Assembly: GCA_963693055.1 (NCBI GenBank)
Contig: OY843751.1
Location: forward strand, 832,001-896,000
Direction of reading: 5' to 3'
Origin: a bacterium
Lineage (GTDB): Bacteria > Zhuqueibacterota > Zhuqueibacteria > Residuimicrobiales > Krinioviventaceae
Length of the DNA stretch: 64,000 bases
Part shown: positions 17,693 to 28,027 of the stretch, piece by piece
Layout of the letters: every line of letters begins with the position of its first letter
Position numbering within the stretch: position 1 is the stretch's first letter
The notes under the pieces: model-generated
Told to the model about the DNA's origin: nothing
Database searches by the model: none
The model's input: only the letters and a program-made list of their open reading frames with translations
Translations under genes and position numbers: made by a program

Positions 17693-18976
17693 ATGAACAA
17701 GGTGAATGACTTACAATTTTCATTAAAAGGCTCTAGCTTTATTGTTCCAATGCTGGCATTGGCCTTGTTTGCGTTTATCCCGATTGATGTACAGATCTAT
17801 ATAATTCTGACGCTTTTTTTTTATATTATTTTATGGGGATTGTCTTTTGAACAGTCTGAGAAATTCAAATTGATTGTTTTTGCAGGTTTTACATTACGGA
17901 TTATTTTGATATTTGTGGATGAATATTTGGGGTCCGTGTTGCAGGAACAATCTGACCAGATTCTGTATAACATGGAAGCCAATATTATTCTGGATAACAT
18001 AAAAAACAATTCCCCCTTGTTTTATAACGTGTTTCCCGGTTTTGGAGTGAAAAGTTACAGCTTTATAATGAGTATGATTTATAAAGTGTTTGGTCCTGTT
18101 CCCATTTTGCCAAGGCTGCTGAATGTGTTTTTAAACGTATGGTCTGGAATTTTATTGTATAAAATTTCACGGGAATTATTTGAAAAATCAAAAATTGCAT
18201 TGCTGTCAATGACTCTCTTTATGTTCTGGCCTTCAAACTGGGCCTTTACATCTTATGCGTTACGTGACAGTATGATCATTTTTCTTTCATTTTTATTAAT
18301 TGTATCTTTTATTGATATTGTTAAAAATAAACCCAATTTTCACAATGTTTTGATGTTTGTTTTGATTTATACTGCAAGCACATTGCTCAGAAATCAAAAT
18401 TCCTATCTTTATATTGTCATGTTTTTATTCTATGGGATGTATTTGTTCTTTAAATCAAAAGTGGTAAAGTTTTACAAGCTATTGTTACTTTTGGGGATTT
18501 TGCTGCTATTACTGGTTGTATATCTGAAATTCAAATTGTATATTGACTTGGTTTTGGCGTATCCTTTTGTTGCGCAGCCATTGAGGGTTGAGGGTGGATC
18601 AGCCTATCTTGTTAATGTTGAAATGAACAATTACTGGGATGTATTCAAGTACTCTCCGATAAGATTTTTCTATTTCACTTTTGGTCCATTTTTGTGGAAT
18701 GTTCGTACTATTTTTCAATTGTTTTCAGCGCTTGAAAGTGTAGCGCTTTTTGTGGTATTTTTAGGTTTTATTCAATACTTTAGAAAATATAAAGTAGCCA
18801 AAAATGAAAATTTACAGATGTTTATTGTGATTTTTTGTCTGGTTGGATTAATGGCAAACGCAATTGTAGATTCAAATTTTGGTACAGCAATACGGCATCG
18901 TTTAAATTATACAAGTTTCTTTTTTGTCTTTTTTAGTGTGTATATACAAAATTTCAAAATTCGTTGGATATCTTGA
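17693..18976 (+). CDS. Polytopic membrane protein, Wzy polymerase- or GT-C-like
   Basis: About 11 TM segments; D..LY, FWPS...TSYALRD, NFGTAIRHR. Located among glycosyltransferases. Confidence 0.6.
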   Translation: MNKVNDLQFSLKGSSFIVPMLALALFAFIPIDVQIYIILTLFFYIILWGLSFEQSEKFKLIVFAGFTLRIILIFVDEYLGSVLQEQSDQILYNMEANIILDNIKNNSPLFYNVFPGFGVKSYSFIMSMIYKVFGPVPILPRLLNVFLNVWSGILLYKISRELFEKSKIALLSMTLFMFWPSNWAFTSYALRDSMIIFLSFLLIVSFIDIVKNKPNFHNVLMFVLIYTASTLLRNQNSYLYIVMFLFYGMYLFFKSKVVKFYKLLLLLGILLLLLVVYLKFKLYIDLVLAYPFVAQPLRVEGGSAYLVNVEMNNYWDVFKYSPIRFFYFTFGPFLWNVRTIFQLFSALESVALFVVFLGFIQYFRKYKVAKNENLQMFIVIFCLVGLMANAIVDSNFGTAIRHRLNYTSFFFVFFSVYIQNFKIRWIS

Positions 18977-19902
18977 TGCTCACATCTTTTATTATTGTTA
19001 CATGGAATACACGTGATTTAACGTTATGTTGTATTCAGTCCATTTATGAACAGGAATCAAATGCATTTGAAATTCTGGTTGTGGATAATAATTCTCAGGA
19101 TGATACTTGTGAGCAGATAGAACAAAAATATCCTGATGTGCATTTGATCAGGAATGATGAAAACCAGGGTTATGCTAAAGCAAATAACCAGGGGGTTATT
19201 GCTGCCAAAGGTGATTTGATAATTTTGATGAACAGTGATACGGAATTGTTGACAAAAGATACAATTGGTAAAGTGATTTCATTTTTTGATATGAATATAA
19301 ATGCAGGCATAGCGGGTGCATGTCTTTTATATCCTGATGGGAAGGTGCAAGCTTGTGGCAGACGTTTTGTCACTGTCTTTACCTTGATCAAGGACCAGCT
19401 GCTGTTTCAGGATTCACCCTTGTTTAAAAAATCAAGCATGTCTGATACAATTCAATCTGTTGATTATGTGGATGGAGCTTTTCTCGCTATACGAAAAAAG
19501 GTCGTAGAGCGGATAGGATTATTGAATGAGAATTATTTCATGTACGCTGAAGATATGGAGTGGTGTGCAGCAGCTCACGATGCAGGATGGGGAGTATATG
19601 TTATTCCGGGAATTAAGGTATTGCATGTACATGCTGCAAGCTCTAAAAAATCGTTCAGGAAAATATTGATCCTGAATGCAATTAATCAATCCAGATTTTT
19701 GTACAAAAGATATAATATGTTTAATGCGATTTGTGGTTATATTGTATTAATCGTAGGTATGTTTCTGAGAATACCCGTTAATTTTGCAAGACGGAATGGT
19801 TTAACAACTGCTTATGCCCAAGCAGTTGTTAAATGTTTACAATTGATTCCTGTATTTACCAAACTTGTTACCGGAGAGCTGGATGAAACGCGTTGCATTT
19901 AA
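18976..19902 (+). CDS. GT2 glycosyltransferase (WbbL/rhamnosyltransferase-like)
   Basis: IIVTWNT, VVDNNSQD, NQGYAKANNQG, MNSD, VDGAFL, YFMYAEDMEWC. ATG overlaps the upstream TGA. Confidence 0.88.
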   Translation: MLTSFIIVTWNTRDLTLCCIQSIYEQESNAFEILVVDNNSQDDTCEQIEQKYPDVHLIRNDENQGYAKANNQGVIAAKGDLIILMNSDTELLTKDTIGKVISFFDMNINAGIAGACLLYPDGKVQACGRRFVTVFTLIKDQLLFQDSPLFKKSSMSDTIQSVDYVDGAFLAIRKKVVERIGLLNENYFMYAEDMEWCAAAHDAGWGVYVIPGIKVLHVHAASSKKSFRKILILNAINQSRFLYKRYNMFNAICGYIVLIVGMFLRIPVNFARRNGLTTAYAQAVVKCLQLIPVFTKLVTGELDETRCI

Positions 19903-21013
19903 TGCCCTGGTTATGGGACCCAATATAGGCGGCCTGGGAGTTTATATGCAGGAGATTATGAACTCGTTGTTACAGGAAAAGCACAACTTTGAGCCGGTAG
20001 TATATCTACCGGAAACCTGGTGTAAGAGTCATCCGGAATATTTAGAGCATCCTTTTGTGAAATGTATTTCAATTCGGGCGGATAATCCCATATTACGAAT
20101 TTTAATTGATCCATTTTTCTGGCCCAATCAGTTGAGAAAAGATTCTATTGATTTATTTTTTTCACCCATGTCTTATTTTCCGTTGGGTACCAATGTGCCC
20201 GGTATTGTTACCATTCATGATCTGCGCAGTTTTAATTGTCCCGAGTATTATCCATTTTTACGATATCACTATCTTCAATGGATCATTCGTCGGTCAGCTC
20301 GGAATGCTAAGCGTATAATTTCTGTTTCTCAATATACTCGTGATGATATTGTCAAATATTTAAAAGTAGATAGTTCGAATATAAATGTCATTCATGAGGG
20401 TATACATGCCGAACCCTGGCAAATAAAGAGTACAGATGACGAATATAATACTTATAAGAAAAAGTACGGCTTGGAAAAACCTTTTATTTTATCTTTAGGC
20501 CACCTGGAACCCAGAAAGAATTACATCCGTTTAATTGAAGCGTTTTCAATATTGAAAAAAGAGTTTTCAATTGAGCATGATTTGGTTATTGTGGGTCAGG
20601 AAAACTGGTTTTTTAAAGAAATTTATGCCAAAGTAGTTGAATTAAATTTGAATAATTCTGTACATTTTACTAACTTTGTTGCACAAAAAGATATCGCACC
20701 TTTGTATCAATTGGCGGATGTTTTTGTGACTGTTTCAACTTTTGAGGGATTTGGTTTTACGCCGCTGGAGAGTATGGCTGCGGGAACTCCTGTGGTTGTA
20801 TCAAATTGTTCCTCTTTGCCGGAAATCGTAGGGGATGCTGCAATATTATGCGATCCATATAATGTTAAGGATATTGCAAGTTCCATAAACAAATTGCTTT
20901 CAGATGAATCGCTTAAATCAAAATACATAGCAAAAGGTTTGGAACATATCAAGCAATATCCCTGGAATAAATGTGTCAATGAAACAATGAAAGTAATCGA
21001 GGAACATGTCTGA
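19883..21013 (+). CDS. GT4 glycosyltransferase
   Basis: VTIHDL, ISVSQYTRDD, LEPRKNY, EGFGFTPLESMAAGTPVVVSN.SSLPE. Confidence 0.9.
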   Translation: MKRVAFNALVMGPNIGGLGVYMQEIMNSLLQEKHNFEPVVYLPETWCKSHPEYLEHPFVKCISIRADNPILRILIDPFFWPNQLRKDSIDLFFSPMSYFPLGTNVPGIVTIHDLRSFNCPEYYPFLRYHYLQWIIRRSARNAKRIISVSQYTRDDIVKYLKVDSSNINVIHEGIHAEPWQIKSTDDEYNTYKKKYGLEKPFILSLGHLEPRKNYIRLIEAFSILKKEFSIEHDLVIVGQENWFFKEIYAKVVELNLNNSVHFTNFVAQKDIAPLYQLADVFVTVSTFEGFGFTPLESMAAGTPVVVSNCSSLPEIVGDAAILCDPYNVKDIASSINKLLSDESLKSKYIAKGLEHIKQYPWNKCVNETMKVIEEHV

Positions 21014-22211
21014 ACAGAGTGGGAAAATTAAAGTCATTGTTGTATTGTCCCGTATAATTATTGGGGGGCCAGCGAATTTTGTTGAATTGTATGCAACACA
21101 TTTGCCCAAAGATACTTATAAAGTATTACTTGTTGGTGGGTGTGTTGAAGAAGGCGAACTGAATAAAGCGCAATTGTTGAAAGAAAAAGGTATTCAAGTT
21201 CACCTTATAGATATTATGAAAAGAGAGTTGTCCTTTTTTTATGATATTAAATCTGTCTATAAATTATATAAATTTATCAAAAAAGAAAAACCCCATATTG
21301 TATCAACACATACAGCAAAAGCCGGTGCCGTAGGCAGGATCGCTGCCAGATGTGCCAATGTACCGGTTGTTTTACATACTTTTCATGGTCATACATTTGA
21401 AAATTATTTTTCACCTGCCAAAACAGAGTTTTACAAAATTGTTGAACGTGTGTTGGGCTTTTTTTCAACAAAGATCATTTCTATCAGTCCGCTTCAACGT
21501 TATGATTTGGTCAAAAAATTTAAAATTGCGTCTATGGATAAAGTTGTTACTATTCCAATTGCAATTGATTCCAGCCGTTTTTTAAACCTTGAAAGAAATA
21601 ACGAGTTTAGGGACGAGTTGAAAATTCCCAAAGATGATTTTGTTATTGGAATGGTAGCCAGAATTGTACCCATAAAAAATCACAAATTGATTATTGATGT
21701 TTTAAAAGAACTGCACAACAGGGGAGTAAAAGCGCACCTACTTGTTGTTGGTGATGGTGAACAAGAATATAAAACCTTTATTGAACAATATGTTGATGAA
21801 AAGAATTTGAAACCATTTGTACATTTTACAGGGTGGGTGTTAAATGTAGAAAAAGTATACTCTGCCCTGGATGTGCTGGCATTGACTTCGTTAAATGAAG
21901 GAACACCTGTCAGCATTATTGAAGCAATGGCTGCATCCGTCCCCGTTGTTGCAACTGATGTAGGGGGTGTGAATGACTTGCTGCATGATAATAAAAATGG
22001 ATTACTCTGCAAAAGTAATGATCCTTTAGATATGGTTGAGAAAATGTTGCAAGTTAAAGAAGATATTGGATTTAGGAATGAAATTTGCAAAAATGGCAGG
22101 GAATTTGTTAAAGAACACTATAATCACATTACGGTTATCAAACGTGTGGACCAATTTCAACGTGAATTATTGCAAAAGTTTTATGAAAAGAATCCAAAAT
22201 TTAAATGTTAA
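21006..22211 (+). CDS. GT4 glycosyltransferase
   Basis: IIGGPA, THTAKAG, HTFHGH, ARIVPIKNH, SLNEGTPVSIIEAMAASVPVVATDVGG. Confidence 0.9.
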   Translation: MSEQSGKIKVIVVLSRIIIGGPANFVELYATHLPKDTYKVLLVGGCVEEGELNKAQLLKEKGIQVHLIDIMKRELSFFYDIKSVYKLYKFIKKEKPHIVSTHTAKAGAVGRIAARCANVPVVLHTFHGHTFENYFSPAKTEFYKIVERVLGFFSTKIISISPLQRYDLVKKFKIASMDKVVTIPIAIDSSRFLNLERNNEFRDELKIPKDDFVIGMVARIVPIKNHKLIIDVLKELHNRGVKAHLLVVGDGEQEYKTFIEQYVDEKNLKPFVHFTGWVLNVEKVYSALDVLALTSLNEGTPVSIIEAMAASVPVVATDVGGVNDLLHDNKNGLLCKSNDPLDMVEKMLQVKEDIGFRNEICKNGREFVKEHYNHITVIKRVDQFQRELLQKFYEKNPKFKC

Positions 22212-25200
22212 TTACAAGAAATATGAATTCAATTTATTTGTATTTTTATTTATTGTCGTTTTCTGGTATCCTGCCTCATTAGTGTTTGGAAACAGTATCG
22301 TTTCTGTACTTGAACAAACACCGCAATATACCATATTAGAGTGGACCGTTCCGCAAATTGAATTTAAGACGGTGCAAACGGAAAAGGGCGAGTTTGTTGT
22401 GCCGGCTTACGATGATCTGGCAGAATCCAGAGTACCCGGATTTCCCATTTTGCCTGTAAATAATCTCTTGTTGGAAAATTTGGATACTCAACGCATAACC
22501 GTTCTGGATACGGTCTATTCAGATAAATCTACCCATACCATTTGCCCTGCACCTTTATATCAGTATCCTGATTATGACTCTCAACCTTTTATTTCTTATA
22601 AAATGGGACCCGTTTATCAAAAAGCTGCTTTTTATCCCGCATCTTTTATATCGATTTCTCATGCCTGGCAGCGAGACAATTTATTGACCCGTTTTGCAAT
22701 AAATCCGGTTTTGTATAACCCTGTACAAAACCAGATACGTGTTTTGAGATATATCAAGATCAGGATTAATGCGGCTGTTGAATTAGATTTAAAAAATCAT
22801 ACAATCCGGTCTAAATCGGGTAATGCCAAACTTGCCAGATCTAATTCCGTGCAGGTGTCTGCTAATGATTCATGGTGGGAACCCTATAATAGTGATGAGT
22901 TGATAAAGATCGAAACGCCAACCGCTGGTATGTATAAAATTACGGGTCAGAATCTGCGTGACCAGGGTGTTCAGTTGTCAATGATCGATCCAAGCACTAT
23001 TAAGATGTTGAATAATGGAATTGAACAGCCTTGCCAGGTTTTAGATGGTGGAGACGGGGAATTTAATGAAAATGATTTGTTGGTTTTTTATGCGAACAGA
23101 TTGAGTGGAATTACCGATTTTTATCACTCCTGGGCTGTCAGCAATGTGTACTGGCTGGTTTGGGGTGGTAATGCCGGATTAAGATATTCAACACTGGCTA
23201 ATGATAATGATCCCGGTTTGTCAAATAATTATTTTTTATCTACTATTCATATTGAAAAAGACCTGGAATACTATCATGGCGATACCAATGAAGCCATACA
23301 GGAAACCAACATTACAGATGGTGAGGGCTGGGTTTGGACACGGGCATTATATCATAATTCCAGACAAACAATAGAGTTTGATTTACCGGGACTGTTCTCT
23401 GGTACCACCCTAAATGATTCTCTGAAAATTCGATTAAGGTTCAGAGGAATGACCATTGATTCGGCAGCAAACGATCATCATCTATTATTATCAGTCAACA
23501 ATAATAGTATGGGTGAGGGGTATTTTAATAACCGCCAGGAGTGGTTACCACAATTTTCAGTTCCTGTATCAAACCTGCTGGAATCTGGTAATCAATTATT
23601 AATAGAATCTGTTGCAACCAATGCCGAAATATCACAGGTATATTTTGACTGGCTTGAGGTTGATTATCCCCGTGCCTTGCAGGTTGAAAATGGTCAGATC
23701 TTGATCGATTCATTAGATACTGTTGAACATGCTCTGCAGATCAGTGGTTTACAGTCTGATTCTGTTTTTGTTTTTAATCTACAGGAACAAACAGAACTGG
23801 TGAATAAAAGTGTTCCAACGGGCAGGTTGTTAAATATTAAAGTACAGTCAGCCGCTATTGGTGATGGAAATTACAGCCGGTTCTTGATTGAAAATGAATT
23901 GATATATGAAGGTACTCGTGGAATTGGTATGGTGGTTATGAACCAGCATACCGGTAATGTAGAGTTGAAGCGGACTTTTGATACATGGGGCTCGTCAGCA
24001 GACGCAGACAGCCTGGTTGCAGTAGTAAGCAGAATTGCTGATGGCCGTATTGTATTATGCGCAATCAAAGATGAGGGCTCAAATCAACTTGGTGAAGAGC
24101 AGTATAATGCATTGGAAACACTTGGCAGCAATCAGATCCAAAATTTGGCCACAAGGGGTTCATGGGCTTTGATCGGCAGCAAGGGAGCGGAGTCGGGTAC
24201 TGCAATAGAAATTTTGACCGCTTCGGGAGAAGGCCCTGCACACATTGATGATTATATCAATTTTTCTCAAGGAGATGGATTTATTTGTCGTTTTGGAGTA
24301 CCCCAAAACCAAACAGGCCCTTTTGTTGTATTTGATATTATGGGATTAAAACAACCGCTATTACAGAAATTTCAGCTTGGCGAATTGTCTCTTGTACAGA
24401 ATGGTGCGGATTATATTATTGTCACCCATCCCGATTTTATGGAAACCGCCAATCAATTGGCAGCTCATCGGCAGACGCAAAATGGTTTCAGGACTTTTGT
24501 TGCCAATGTGAATGATATTTATAATGAATTTAATTATGGAATTAAAGATCCTGTTGCTGTTAAGCGGTTCCTGGAACTTGCATATAACAACTGGCAAAAG
24601 CCTGCACCCGAATATGTGGTAATGTTGGGTGATGCCAGCTGGGACCCGTTAAAGAATTCAGGCAATGATAGTAAAATCGATTTTGTGCCGGTTTACGGAA
24701 ATCCTGTCAGTGATGTTTGGTATGTTTGCATGGATGGCGAGGATGATATTGTTCCGGATATGCATATCGGTCGCATTCCTGTTGAAACAGAGTCACAGGC
24801 ACAAAACTATCTTGACAAGATGATGGAATACGAATCTACTCAGCCGGCATCCTGGAAAAAGAACTTTTTGTTTATCAGTGGCGGATTTGATCAGTATGAA
24901 CAATTGGTGTTTGGTCAGCAGTCTCAGACATTGATCGATGATTTTGTTACGGGTCCCCCGATAGGTGGCAATGCTATACATATCGGTAAAGAATCTACCG
25001 GGCTGGCAGAGGGAGAACATCGTGATGATCTGTTGAAGGCATTTGACGATGGCATTGTCTGGGCTAATTTTATTGGCCATGCCGGCAGCAGTACCTGGGA
25101 CCTTATGTTTCATAATCCTGATATTGATTTGCTGAATAATGGCCCCAAGTATCCTTTTATTACAAGTATGACTTGCCATACCGGGCGCTTTGCTGAACCG

Positions 25201-27945
25201 AATCAGGATAGCTTTGGTGAATATTTTTTGAGGGTTGTAGACAAGGGTGCCGTTGCATTCTGGGGTACCGCGGGTTGGGGATATACGTATGAAGACTATA
25301 TGTTTCTGCGTCAAATGTATCCCATTATGCTGCAGAATTCTGTTCAAGAAATTGGGAAAGGCTTGAGCCAGGCAAGGGCCGGTCTTTGGAGTACGCTGGG
25401 TGAAGGGTTGCATGTTAGGAATATAATTCTGCAATATGTTTTACTTGGAGATCCCGCGCTGGATCTTGCACTACCTGATAAACCCGATCTGGCAATTGAT
25501 GCTTCTGATGTTCGTGTTTATCCTGCTGTGCCCAGTGAGGCAGATTCGCTGGCAGAGATTCATGTGACTGTAAACAATTACGGACTTTTACCGCAAGACA
25601 GTGTAACTGTATTGGTTACAGCAGAACTACAAAACGGAAATAATCATAAAGTGGAATATACCAGGAGACTGGCTCCTGTTTACCTTTCTGATTCTGTGAG
25701 TGTAGATTGGAAATTAAAAAATATGACCGGATTGGTCAATGTTACAGCATCGGCTGATCCCTATGAAATGATTGATGAAGACGATGAAACAAACAATACA
25801 GCATCTCAACCGGTAACGGTTATTTCGAATGTAATACGCCTGTTATATCCACAAAATCAGACCGTATGTTCCGGTGATGATATGGTCCTCAGTATTCGAA
25901 ATCCCCAGGTTTCAAGCTTGGAGAATTATATGTTCGAATTTCAGCTGGATACATCAGGTACGTTCAATAGTGGATATCTAAAAACCTATACTGCATCTCC
26001 CGGTATTTTGGCAACTGAATGGGTGGTTGGCGATCTGCCTCCTGGAATTTATTTCTGGCGATGCCGAAATACCAATGAAACCGCGGGGCCGGTTTGGATT
26101 GAAGGCAGCTTTTTAGCAACGAATTCTAATAACTTTGGTTGGGGACAATCTCAAACCAAACAATTCTCTGTCAACAATCTGGATGATGCGCAAATTGTTG
26201 ACGACAGTATTGAACTGTATCGCGATGTGCTTACACTGAACGTTGAATCTGCAGGTATTGTGGATGGGAATTATGCCAGGTTGCTGGTGAATTCAAACTC
26301 GGTATTGGAAACGTCACGTGGAATCAATCTGGTCGCCCTGAGTCCTCAAGATGGCAGTGTATTGTTTCAAAAGTGCTTTGATACTTATGCAGATGGCAAT
26401 GCTCCTGATTCAATGGCATTGGTAATTAGCGAGTTCGCTGATAGTACCTGGGTATTGGCCGCTATCAAAGATGAAGGTAGCAACCAGTTGAATGAGACAG
26501 CATATACCGCCCTTGAATCCATTGGTAGTCAATATTGCAGGGATTTGCAATACAGAGATTCATGGGCCATTATTGGCAAAAAGGGAGCTCCTGTTGGTTC
26601 CGTTTCTGAAGAAATAAAAAAATCCGGTGAAGGATTTGTTTCATTGTTAGAGAATATTGGAATCTATAAAATGAATGGAACGGTGTCAACTCCACTTGTA
26701 GGCCCCAGTACAAATTGGCAAAAATGCAATGTAAAGACAAATCTGCCAGAGCAGACATCTATATTGTTTAATGTTCTTGGTATTCAGACTAATGGTGAGC
26801 AAGACACTTTGATCCGCCAAACCAACGCCAAAGAAATTGATCTGGCCGGTATCAATGGGGAGGTATATCCTTTTATAAAAATAGTGGGAACATTGAAAAC
26901 AAATGATTTTCATGTTACTCCGGCAATTCGTCAATGGATAATTAGTTTTGAACCTTCACCTGACCTTGCTGTGTCTCAGGAAACATTCCATGTAGATAAT
27001 GACACGATACTGATTGGAAGTAACGTTGAAATGCAGGCTCAAATTTATAATCTTGGCAAAGGCTCTATTATTGGTGATACTCTGAAACTTGCATTTTTTC
27101 ATATTGATACAGAGGGAAACGAGAATTTAATTACCCAAAAGAATTACGCTCAATCTATATTCGCCGATAGTATTATAACTGTTTCTCATGCCTGGAATTC
27201 TGAAGGCCACGCGGGAACACATAAACTCAAGTTGTACATAGATCCGGATAATCAATTTGTTGAATTGGATAAAGCCAATAATATTGTGACCACATCTGTT
27301 TATGTTCTGGCAGATACCATTAAACCAGAAATAGCAGTAACGATAGATGGTAGAGAGATCATGTATGGAGATTGGGTGGCATCGCAGCCGACCATAATGG
27401 TTGATGTTACAGATAACCGTCAGAATACATCTGGTATTGCTGATACAAGCAGAGTAACCGTTTTCCTCAATGATCAACGAGTCAGTTATGCCAGTGGTCA
27501 GCTGCAGATGTTAGAAACTGATGGAACCAATACAGCCATCAAACTTGAATATGAACCGGAACTGGAAGACGGTGAACATTATTTAACAGTAATGACTTCT
27601 GATCCCAGTAATAATTCAAGTATCTATCAAACCAGTTTTAATGTGGTTAAAGAACTGGCAATACGCAAAGCAGTCAACTATCCTAATCCCTTTGAGGCCG
27701 AGACTCATTTTACTTTTGAATTATCACAACCAGCCAATGTGCGAGTCAAGATCTATACGGTTGCTGGTAGATTGATAAACGATTTGGATTATGGCTGGCA
27801 GGGAGCGGGTTACAATATGCTTCCCTGGGATGGTACGGATGCTGATGGAGATGTACCTGCAAATGGTGTATATATTTACAAGATTGTTGCCTCAGAAGGT
27901 GACGAAAATGCAGAGGCAATCAGTAAATGTATACTCATGAAATGA
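22183..27945 (+). CDS. C25-family cysteine peptidase (PorU/gingipain clan) with propeptide, two ILEI domains, CARDB and FlgD-Ig CTD
   Basis: Signal peptide; propeptide (VPGFPILPV, INPVLYNP); GMYKITG..L; ADYIIVTH, IYNEFNYG, LGDA, IGRIPV; catalytic-type FIGHAG (His 25078) and MTCHTG (Cys 25174); LLGDPA; NYPNPF CTD. Start set at ATG 22183 to avoid a long overlap. Confidence 0.85.
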   Translation: MKRIQNLNVNYKKYEFNLFVFLFIVVFWYPASLVFGNSIVSVLEQTPQYTILEWTVPQIEFKTVQTEKGEFVVPAYDDLAESRVPGFPILPVNNLLLENLDTQRITVLDTVYSDKSTHTICPAPLYQYPDYDSQPFISYKMGPVYQKAAFYPASFISISHAWQRDNLLTRFAINPVLYNPVQNQIRVLRYIKIRINAAVELDLKNHTIRSKSGNAKLARSNSVQVSANDSWWEPYNSDELIKIETPTAGMYKITGQNLRDQGVQLSMIDPSTIKMLNNGIEQPCQVLDGGDGEFNENDLLVFYANRLSGITDFYHSWAVSNVYWLVWGGNAGLRYSTLANDNDPGLSNNYFLSTIHIEKDLEYYHGDTNEAIQETNITDGEGWVWTRALYHNSRQTIEFDLPGLFSGTTLNDSLKIRLRFRGMTIDSAANDHHLLLSVNNNSMGEGYFNNRQEWLPQFSVPVSNLLESGNQLLIESVATNAEISQVYFDWLEVDYPRALQVENGQILIDSLDTVEHALQISGLQSDSVFVFNLQEQTELVNKSVPTGRLLNIKVQSAAIGDGNYSRFLIENELIYEGTRGIGMVVMNQHTGNVELKRTFDTWGSSADADSLVAVVSRIADGRIVLCAIKDEGSNQLGEEQYNALETLGSNQIQNLATRGSWALIGSKGAESGTAIEILTASGEGPAHIDDYINFSQGDGFICRFGVPQNQTGPFVVFDIMGLKQPLLQKFQLGELSLVQNGADYIIVTHPDFMETANQLAAHRQTQNGFRTFVANVNDIYNEFNYGIKDPVAVKRFLELAYNNWQKPAPEYVVMLGDASWDPLKNSGNDSKIDFVPVYGNPVSDVWYVCMDGEDDIVPDMHIGRIPVETESQAQNYLDKMMEYESTQPASWKKNFLFISGGFDQYEQLVFGQQSQTLIDDFVTGPPIGGNAIHIGKESTGLAEGEHRDDLLKAFDDGIVWANFIGHAGSSTWDLMFHNPDIDLLNNGPKYPFITSMTCHTGRFAEPNQDSFGEYFLRVVDKGAVAFWGTAGWGYTYEDYMFLRQMYPIMLQNSVQEIGKGLSQARAGLWSTLGEGLHVRNIILQYVLLGDPALDLALPDKPDLAIDASDVRVYPAVPSEADSLAEIHVTVNNYGLLPQDSVTVLVTAELQNGNNHKVEYTRRLAPVYLSDSVSVDWKLKNMTGLVNVTASADPYEMIDEDDETNNTASQPVTVISNVIRLLYPQNQTVCSGDDMVLSIRNPQVSSLENYMFEFQLDTSGTFNSGYLKTYTASPGILATEWVVGDLPPGIYFWRCRNTNETAGPVWIEGSFLATNSNNFGWGQSQTKQFSVNNLDDAQIVDDSIELYRDVLTLNVESAGIVDGNYARLLVNSNSVLETSRGINLVALSPQDGSVLFQKCFDTYADGNAPDSMALVISEFADSTWVLAAIKDEGSNQLNETAYTALESIGSQYCRDLQYRDSWAIIGKKGAPVGSVSEEIKKSGEGFVSLLENIGIYKMNGTVSTPLVGPSTNWQKCNVKTNLPEQTSILFNVLGIQTNGEQDTLIRQTNAKEIDLAGINGEVYPFIKIVGTLKTNDFHVTPAIRQWIISFEPSPDLAVSQETFHVDNDTILIGSNVEMQAQIYNLGKGSIIGDTLKLAFFHIDTEGNENLITQKNYAQSIFADSIITVSHAWNSEGHAGTHKLKLYIDPDNQFVELDKANNIVTTSVYVLADTIKPEIAVTIDGREIMYGDWVASQPTIMVDVTDNRQNTSGIADTSRVTVFLNDQRVSYASGQLQMLETDGTNTAIKLEYEPELEDGEHYLTVMTSDPSNNSSIYQTSFNVVKELAIRKAVNYPNPFEAETHFTFELSQPANVRVKIYTVAGRLINDLDYGWQGAGYNMLPWDGTDADGDVPANGVYIYKIVASEGDENAEAISKCILMK

Positions 27946-28027
27946 TTTCTCATGTTTTCACGTCTTTTTGTTCTATAAGATAATATTGGTTTTGAGATTA
28001 GCCTAAAAATATGTAAATTCTTGTTTT

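Noticed and set aside
17814-17822. T9 homopolymer in the Wzy-like gene (another at ~28298-28306)
   Set aside because: Frames are intact and poly-T Phe codons are expected in AT-rich membrane-protein genes, so there is no evidence of phase variation.
22036-22182. Extended N-terminus of the C25 ORF in the ORF track
   Set aside because: Overlaps the GT4 gene by ~175 bp. ATG 22183 gives a normal signal peptide.
24793-25434. 213-aa antisense ORF and the many other 60-160-aa shadow ORFs
   Set aside because: They lie opposite or within well-supported genes and show no recognisable motifs.
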